A stretch of 64,000 nucleotides of DNA, taken from the NCBI GenBank assembly GCA_002269645.1, contig NIVC01000995.1, forward strand, positions 324,100 to 388,099, given 5' to 3'. Shown here piece by piece: positions 49,510-57,900 of this stretch (positions within the stretch are counted from its first letter, which is position 1; every line of letters begins with the position of its first letter). The position numbers were made by a program, and so were the translations under genes. The notes under the pieces are model-generated. The model did not search any database, was not told the origin of the DNA, and saw only the letters and a program-made list of their open reading frames with translations. Source of the DNA: Macrostomum lignano. Taxonomy: Eukaryota.

Positions 49510-50360
49510 AGACGGACAAAAATTAGGCTAGGGGGCAGGCCCAATTTAGCTCAGCCAATGAGAGAGCAGTAAGGAAAGAGATCAAAGACCGACAGACGAA
49601 ATTAAGGCTAGGGGACAGGCCCAATTTAGCTCAGCCAATGAGAGAGCAGTAAGGAAAGAGATCAAAGACCGACAGACGAAATTAAGGCTAGGGGACAGGC
49701 CCAATTTAGCTCAGCCAATGAGAAAGATCAGTAAGGAAAGAGATCAAAAACCGACAGACGAAATTTAGGCTAGGGGGCAGGCCCAATTTAGCTTATTTAA
49801 AGTCTAGTAGGCCAAAAAGATTGTAAGAATGGGTAATAAGTATAAGAATAAGTAAACATTCTTACAATCTTTTTGGCCTACTAGACTTTAAACAATTTAC
49901 CATCTCTCTGAAAATATACAATTTAGCTTAGCCAATGAGAGAGCAGTAAGGAAAGAGATCAAAGACAGACGGACGAAATTTAGGCTAGGGGGCAGGCCCA
50001 ATTTAGCTTAGGCAATGAGAGAGCAGTAAGGAAAGAGATCAAAGACAGATGGACAAAATTTAGGCTAGGGGGCAGGCCCAATTTAGCTTAGGCAATGAGA
50101 GAGCAGTAAGGAAAGAGATCAAAGACAGACGGACGAAATTTAGGCTAGGGGGCAGGCCCAATTTAGCTTAGGCAATGAGAGAGCAGTAAGGAAAGAGATC
50201 AAAGACAGATGGACAAAATTTAGGTTAGGGGCCAGGCCCAATTTAGCTTAGCCAATGAGAGAGCAGTAAGGAAAGAGATCAAAGACAGACGGACAAAATT
50301 TAGGATAGGGGGCAGGCCCAATTTAGCTTAGCCAATGAGAGAGCAGTAAGGAAAGATATC
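49510..50360. repeat. ~82-85 bp tandem repeat upstream of PRIM2
   Basis: About 9 units of ggctagggggcaggcccaatttagcttagccaatgagagagcagtaaggaaagagatcaaagac. Confidence 0.9.
49801..49887. mobile_element. 87-bp MITE with 31-bp perfect TIRs, TTAA-flanked (Kolobok-type termini)
   Basis: TTAA|agtctagtaggccaaaaagattgtaagaatg ...25 nt... cattcttacaatctttttggcctactagact|TTAA. Confidence 0.7.
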
Positions 50361-51030
50361 AAAGTCAAACACAAGCAGACAAGAGCAAAACATACCAGGT
50401 AACTTTACTGACCTAACTAGGGGTCTTAAATAGGATCGAGATGCTAATTTGATGGGTTTGCTTCTGTGGAAAGCCAACAGCCATTGTTGTAGCATCAAAA
50501 ACGTCTAATTATATAAGAATCTGTAAAACCAAATAAAAATAAAAGCAAAACATCTTTGAAGAGTTTGTTGGCTTTTAAATAGGATCCAATGCCTTTGTCA
50601 AAGGAATATTTCATCTTTTGTTAGATATACTCCAAAGGCTAACACTGGATAGCAGTTATATTTTAAGGAGAAGACTATGACTAGTGTTTATTCTACAATG
50701 GCCAGCTTAGGCCAAAGGAATCCTAGAAATGGAACCGAAGACCACTTTTGTCCAATGTATGACCCATGAATCCTTCAAAAAATGATTTTTAAGTAAATTA
50801 TTGTACTATAATAAATCATAAGTCTATTATATCATAGGTATAGGCCTACCCATAGAATATACACAGAATATAGAAAAAGTATTGCTACATTTATTTGTCA
50901 AATAAACTGTAGGTCAATGAGATTTTCCACAAGCAGGTTTCTTACAAACAGGTTCTTTTACCAGTTTTTTGCTACCAAAGCTTTGTTTTCAATATTTTAC
51001 AGTTTGCACATCAAGGATTAAAAAACATGG

Positions 51031-53241
51031 TGATGTAACCACGCTCTGGTCGCGGGATAGGGCATGGGAACTTTTTCGAAAGTGCCTTCTATCCCGTGTA
51101 CCCCCCTGCACAGAGCTGTCGAGACTCGGCCAGGTCTCCGACCAGGCCTGGAGACTCCCGCTCTGCTGCACCCCCCTGCTGCCTTGGTTCCGTCTCCCCT
51201 GCCGCCACACCTGCCTTTCCGGAGCCCCATATCCCTCTCTGTACCTCCCCTCTACCTTATCTCCCCTGTGCTCCACCCTAGTCTTCTTGTACTTTCCCTA
51301 TCCCCCCTCTTTTTGTCCCTCTCTGCACTATTTTCCTGCGCTGCCCCCTCTTTCTCTGCGTCTACTTACAGTATTTTGTGTGCTCACCGACCTCCCATCT
51401 CTTCCCAAACTCCCAAACGGTGACGCAAGTCGTGTGACCGCCCCTCGATGACTCATCCCCCTCTCTTGCGCAACCTTTTCTCATGCTATTGCTCTCCTCT
51501 CCAAATTTCTCATGCGACACCCACCCCACCTCCGCTTCTATTGTTCTCGTTTTTGATTCTTTTGTTCTCTTTACCCCCACCAATTATCACATTTTCTCCG
51601 ATTTTCTCTTTCTTTTGTTCTCGTTTTCGCACCTAATTATCACCTTTTCTCCAATGTTTGCTTTTCTATTGTTCTCGATTCTCCCCAATTATCCCCGATT
51701 TCCAATTCCTTTGTTCTCGACCCCGGCCCTATTGGTCTCAATGTTTGCTTGCGCAACACTTTCGCAACCACCTGCTGCGCCAATTATCCCCCACCCCACC
51801 TCCGGATTGCGCAATTTCCCTTTTTCTCATGTTGCTATGCCGGTCTTATGTTTCTCATCATGACTCATTCTGACGTCATTCAGCCGGCAGCCAATCAGAG
51901 AGAGGGAGTCATGGAAACGACCTTGGAGCGGCGGCTGGGAAGGCTATAAAAGGAGGCGGTTTTCGGCATGAGAATGCTCAACTTTTGCCCACCTTCGGGC
52001 TCCTAGTCTTTCTTTAGACTTGCCGTCAGACTGAATGAGTTCTGACCCATTCGTCTATAAGACGAATCCCTGCCGGTCCGCGGTCTGTTACCGCCAAGTT
52101 ATCTTCAGCTCCCCAAGTGAGCTCGCCTATCGGCCAGCGGTCTGACACCGCACAGCATCATCAGCTTCGCCTGATCTACACCAGCGCCTCGTCGCTTCAG
52201 CGCATCGCCGCTTCACTGTCCGCCTGACTGCAGCCTACAGCCGCCCTCGGTCACTCCGTCTCTCTCTCTCTCTCTCTCTCTGTGCAGCCGCTGGTAAGTT
52301 CCTGTTACTGATTTGTGCTCTAATTGCCTTTGCTTATCCGGAGTTTGCCTATTTTTCCATGGTCTGATTAGAGAGCTGAGCCAGTTGTGATACCGTACCT
52401 TTTGCTGTATTTTTACTCAATAGTGAAGCCGCCTAATTGCCTGATTATTTGCCTAAGGGCCTAATTATTAACTATTAACTAACCTCATCATTATTCACTC
52501 TTTCACCATCATTTCACTCATGGCTTGCTAAGCCTTTCTCCCGGGGTGGCAAAGCATAGAGAAGTTTGGGTAAGCTAATGGCCTCTCCCCGTGCAAAGCT
52601 CGCCTGTGAGTGCGGGCTGCGGGGCCGTGCGTGCGTGCAGTAGAGGGATTAGCGAGTCTTGGCACAGAATGGCAGTAGGAAGGTTGCAACCCCATGCTGA
52701 CGCGCCTCTTTGCCCTGAGCAATCTAAACTAGAGACAGTACATGTTCACCTCATACTACTCTTAGTAATCAAAGTCGCAAGTCAGCCTCGCTCACAGCCA
52801 CAAGGATCCCCTGCTGAGAAATCCTCCAGGATTGAGCCCAGAGTTCCCGATCATGCCCCAAGCAGAGTCCCTGTACTCGGCTGCATGCGTCTCCCCTGTT
52901 AGCCTAAATCCCCTGGTAACCAATCCAGGCGGGGCTCTAGCCTCAAGAGGTCTGGTAGCAAGATCCAGGTGCACCAGGTCACATAGAGTGGTGGCAGCCA
53001 CTCGGTCATACCATGACCGAGTGACCAACTATTGCACCTTGGCTACAGGTGGGGTCCATGTGGGTCCTTGGCCCTCTGGTCACGAAGCGCTACCAAAGCT
53101 ACTAATCATGTGGGCGGGACAGTCTGGTGCTGGAGGTCCGTCAGGTCATTGCCCGGTCATAGGCAGCCTACGGTCATTGCCCCTCTAGCCAAGCGTTCGT
53201 CTCTCAATAGGAGTGGACTGGCGACAAGGGCGGTTACATCA
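51031..53241 (+). mobile_element. Solo LTR (~2.2 kb) with 4-bp TSD
   Basis: Termini TGATGTAACC...GGTTACATCA form a 10-bp inverted repeat, with ATGG duplicated at 51027-30 and 53242-45. Internal CCAAT (~51891), TATAAAA (51945) and a gtaagt donor (52294) give the orientation. Confidence 0.85.
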
Positions 53242-53409
53242 ATGGGCCTATTAGGTCTTAGGCTATATAGTGTAAAATCCATTTGAAAATCTATAGTAGC
53301 TATACCTAGGACTCTAGGGCCTTAGAAAGGTAAGGTATCAAAATCCTTGGGATAATGGCTTAACTTTCTTATGCTCATATTATATTGTGGGCCTAACCCT
53401 AGCTAGTAG

Positions 53410-54273
53410 TGATGTGTTCCTTATTACCCGACTTTCGATAATCAAGGAACAATCACTTCTAGCTCAACAGCTAGGCAACCCAGTAAGTCAAACGAAGGTA
53501 TTCAATTACCTTTAATCCGGATTTGAATTTCTTGAGTAGTTCTCGCTAGGAACTTGTCAGTAGATCTCGTAGATCAGGCGCCTTGATTCTTCAGTTGCTC
53601 TGGTCCTGGTTCCTCTTGTACTTCCGATAAGTTCTTCCGGCCGGTATCTTCCGTCAGGACCAATCAGAGGCCTCGTAGCAACAATGGGTACCCTGCGCCA
53701 AACTGCGGTCTAAATTAAGCCTCCTTCTTCTAGCAGTGCCTCTATGCACTCTAGGTATAGCTCCGGAAACCACTGATAGTCCTCTAAGATCTATCAGGGG
53801 CAGTCCTTCTGGAGACTGCAACCAATGGAGTCTAAACAGACTCAAGAGTCTCAACAGACTCAATTAGACTCAAGTCTCAATAGACTTGAGCGAGACGTCT
53901 CTAACACAACGGGCGCAAATAAGGAAGGCTTACCGCAACAACTCGACCGAGTCTCGATTGACTTGGTAGATCAGGAAGTCCTCCTAAGGCTTCCTCTTCG
54001 GAGCGCTCCTCTTCCGTGGGGAGAATGGCTCCGGTACCGCTTCAGATCGCTTGTATTTATAGACAAGTTTTTGATCCAAAATAGTATCATGACAATTCAC
54101 GTGTTGCGCTAAAAGGGGAAAATGGCTCATGGCGTATTATTCTGGTAACATCTTTTTCTGGTAGCGTGATTCATTCAAAGCTTAGGCGCACATGCGTGTA
54201 CTTACTTACTTATAGTAGTATTATACGATTATCTTCTTTTTTCCTTTTTTAACGGGAGGTAGAACACTCTACA
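53410..54273 (-). repeat. 3' LTR (864 bp)
   Basis: Matches 63138-64000 by eye except for a 1-nt indel in a T-run. Starts TGTAGAGTGTTC and ends GAACACATCA on the - strand; TATAAA lies at 54056-61 (-). Confidence 0.9.
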
Positions 54274-54277
54274 AAAT

Positions 54278-54288
54278 CTCCCTTTTTT
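54278..54288 (-). other. Polypurine tract candidate
   Basis: AAAAAAGGGAG, 4 nt upstream of the inferred 3' LTR start TGTAGAG. Confidence 0.6.
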
Positions 54289-54453
54289 ACGAAAAAACTC
54301 GTCCCGAGTTTTAACAATAAAATTCTGTGGTGATCAGTTAATATAGGAAATAAACAATTGATTTTGTGCGCGTCTAGTGAAGCGAGGGTTTGGTCAAAAC
54401 TCTAAAAACTTTTCAGTACATATTGCGGTCAAAACTCGAATATCGCGTAGACA

Positions 54454-54828
54454 TCAAGTGGCATCAGGTTTGATCCGACACCACTTTCGAAACGTGCAGT
54501 CTCGCGGCATACTATTACATAAGGGGCATCCTATAACGCCCCTACTAGCGGTTTGCTTCAAACAGTGCATGCAAATAAAATGTTGGTGGTTACAATATTG
54601 AAACGTGCGCCAAGAATAACAATAGGCACATTGTCGCAAACTATCTCTACAGAGGGGACAATTCTGCCATGGCTGAATATAATGTGAATCGCTTAAACAT
54701 TGTCCGCAAACTTTATGTTCGTTGATGCAAATAGTCGGTGGCTTGACAGCCAAGTCATCAGTTAAACATATCGGGCAGTCATATAGCTGCTGAGGCTGGG
54801 GCGCCTGTTTTGACAGTGCGTTGCCCAT
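54454..54828 (-). CDS. Retroelement accessory protein: N-myristoylation motif plus two RING fingers (124 aa)
   Basis: The first ATG (54828; A at -3, G at +4) gives MGNALSK; the track's start at 54840 is a TTG. Two C-x2-C...C-x3-H-x2-C-x2-C...C-x2-C motifs follow. Lies between pol stop and PPT. Confidence 0.8.
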   Translation of the reverse strand: MGNALSKQAPQPQQLYDCPICLTDDLAVKPPTICINEHKVCGQCLSDSHYIQPWQNCPLCRDSLRQCAYCYSWRTFQYCNHQHFICMHCLKQTASRGVIGCPLCNSMPRDCTFRKWCRIKPDAT

Positions 54829-54948
54829 AATTGTCGTCAATTTGTCGCTGTCTTTGTGTCGCTCGGATTAGTCGCCTTTTACGACAAGCTTGCGAAGCTG
54901 TAGTGCTATTCTTTATCCCGGTCACTACACGGGGTTGTTCTCTAAACT

Positions 54949-57900
54949 CTAGCGTGGTCGTAGGTTGTAGCCATGTGGCTGGCTCACATCTGTCGTTTGA
55001 GTCTCCTCGTGCTTCGTCGCGATGTGGCGGTTCGTTGAACGCGTGCGATCAGCGTTGTCTAATGTCGGTAGAAACGTCGCTGTGTCAGTGTTGATCTTCT
55101 TTAGTCGATGAATGTGTACGTAGAACTGGTGCTGATGTGGATCTTGTACATTAGCCAGGCGTGCCGTTGTTGGTGACGTTAGTTGGACCACTCGATAGGG
55201 TCCTTTGTACTTCTGTGCATGTTTATGCGTCTGCTGTGGCGGGTAGTGTAGGTAGACGATGTCGCCGGCCGTCAGGGTTGTCGATCTCGCGTCGTTGCCG
55301 GTGGTCAGAGCCACCTGGTTGTCAATGTTGTGCTTGGCGATCTTCCATGCGAGGTGTAGTTGCGTGACGAATTTCTGAATGGAAGTCGGTACTTCCACGT
55401 ACTGCGATGGTAGCAATTGCTGTGCGAGCAGATTCGGCGGTTGGAAGTCTCGTCCAAACATTAGGAAGAATGGCGTATTGTCCGTTGATCGATGAATAGC
55501 GCTGTTGTAGGCCATTGTTACAGATTGCAGGTAGATGATCCAGTCTTCCGGCTGTTGGTGCGCGAAATGTGTAATCATCTCGTGCAGGTTGCGGTGAAAC
55601 CGTTCAACCATGTTTGCCTTCGGATTGTAGGTCGATGTGTAGATCTGCGTAATGTTGAGAATCCTTACGACTTGCTGAAACAGTTGCGATGTAAACTGCG
55701 ATCCGTTGTCCGATGTGAGGTTCTTCGGCGTGCCGTACTTGCAAATGATTTCGTTGAAGAAACTCATTGCCACTGTCTGAGCTGTGATGTCCGGTATCGG
55801 TATGGCGATAGCAAACTTCGAGAAGATATCCAAGGCGGTTAGAATGTAGGTGTAGGCGATGCCCTGGAGACAGCTCGGTGGTAGCGGTCCGGTGATGTCG
55901 ATGCTTAGACAGTCCATTGTAGTCGACTTCGGAATGGACTGTAGCTGCGGTTTCTGTCGTCGTCCTGTCTTTGATGCAGCACATGAATGGCAGTTGTTGC
56001 AATACTGCTTGATGTCGCCGTACATAGTTGGCCAAAAGTAGTATTGTTCCACTCTCGCGATGGTCTTTGCTGCCGACAGGTGTCCAGCGAGTGGGTTGTC
56101 GTGTAGCTCGTTGAGAATTGCTTGCCGAAACGAATATGGTATGTAGATCTTGGGTTTATTGTCGCTCATCCAGTAGAGCCGTGACTTATTGATTGTTAGG
56201 TGTTGTCGTTGCTTGCGTAGGAATTTTCGTTCCATGGGACTGAGTTTGATGTTCTTGTCGTCGTCTTTAACCGCTTGGTAGAAGTTGTCGCGCTCGGTTT
56301 CATCCACCAACTCCTTGATGTTAGGGATTGGATGAATGGCGTTGACTTCATAGGCTCTTGACAGGGCGTCCGCGGCTTTGTTGGTAATTCCTGGTTTGTA
56401 GACGAGTTTGTAGTTGTAATCCTGGATCTTGAGTGTCATTCTGATGAGTCGGTTGTTGGTCTGTCCTTTTGTAGTTACGACGTAGGTCAATGGTGCATGA
56501 TCCGTGCGTACTATCGTCTGTATTGGAGAACCATAGATGTAGTAATGAAACTGTCGCAGGGCGAACAAGACTCCTAGTAGCTCTCGTTCCGTAGCTGACC
56601 ACTTTGTCTCATTTGGTTTGAGTGCTCGACTGACGTAAGCAATAGGTCGTTCCTTCTTGTCCTCGGTTTCCTGTAGTAGGACTGCTCCGAGTCCCGTTCC
56701 TGAGGCGTCTGTCTCGATGATGAAGGGCTTGTCGAAGTCCGGATGCTGTAGCAGTGCGTCTGATGTCAGCTGTCGTTTGATTTCGTCGAAACTTTCCTGT
56801 TGTCTCTGTGTCCAGTTGTCTTGCTTCCATTTGTCGAACTTGAGCAGGTCGTACAGTGGCTTTGCTGTCTTTGCGAAGTTAGGTAAGAACTTCCTGAAGT
56901 ATTGCGCAAGTCCAAGGAATGATTGGACCTTCGTTATACTGGTTGGCGTAGGAAACTTCTTCACCTTTTCCACGTTGTCTGGGTCCGGTGAGATTCCTTT
57001 GGCTGTCACCTGATGTCCCAGGTAACGCACGTTGTCTCGGAAGAATTTGCATTTAGTTGGTTGTAGCTTCAGACCTTGGCGTTGAATGAGCGCTAGGGCC
57101 TTCTCCGTAGCTTCGTAGAGTCGCTCGAAATCCTCTCCGTAAGCTAAAATGTCGTCGACATAGTGCAGCAGGTTCGTGCATCCTGCTAGCATGTATGCTG
57201 TTAGTCGACTCATCGTTGCTGGGCTGTTGCTAAGTCCCATCGGCGATCGATTGTACTCGTATACTTGTCCATTGTAGGTTTTGAAAGCCGTGTACTGTCG
57301 TGACTCTTTCTCGATTTCAATTTGCCAAAATCCATGACGTAGGTCGAACACCGTGAACAATTTTGCCGTGTTGAGCTTTGCTAGTAGTTCGGAGATCTTC
57401 GGTAGGCTTTGCTGATCCGTCGGTATGTACTTGTTCAACAGTCTGAAGTCGCATACGAGTCGTCTTTCGTTTGTCTCCTTCTTCTGTACCAGTAGGCACG
57501 GTGAGGAGTAAGCCGAAATAGCTTTGCTGATGATGCCGTGCTTTAGCATTTTATCGATGATTTCGTCAAAGTGTTGTTGCAGATGCTTGGCGATCGGGTA
57601 CGGCTTGCACTGAATTGGTTCCGTGTGCGGCAGAAGTTTGATTTCCTGTTTGATGTCCTTGGCTCGTCCGATGTCGTAATCATGATGGCAGAAGGCTTCG
57701 TTGTACTTCCACAACAGCTGTCGAACTTTCCTCTTTTGCTGTTCCGTAATCGGGCTGTCATCCAAATTGATCTTCTTTTGAAATTCTTCCTCTGTTAGTC
57801 GTGGAGTCGCTTGTTCAATCAGCATAACCGATGCTTGGGTGTTGAGATGACCGATGCACATTCCTTGTCGTAGATGAACCGTTTCTGTGTTCGGGTTGAA

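Noticed and set aside
53654-54112. Short ORFs inside the LTR (95 aa +, 69 aa -; duplicated at 63382-63840)
   Set aside because: No recognisable domain; their duplication simply reflects the LTR.
54451-54456. Alternative LTR start TGATGT overlapping the RING ORF stop codon
   Set aside because: No polypurine tract precedes it, whereas 54273 has a PPT and an imperfect terminal inverted repeat. Cannot be fully excluded because the 5' LTR is cut by the window edge.
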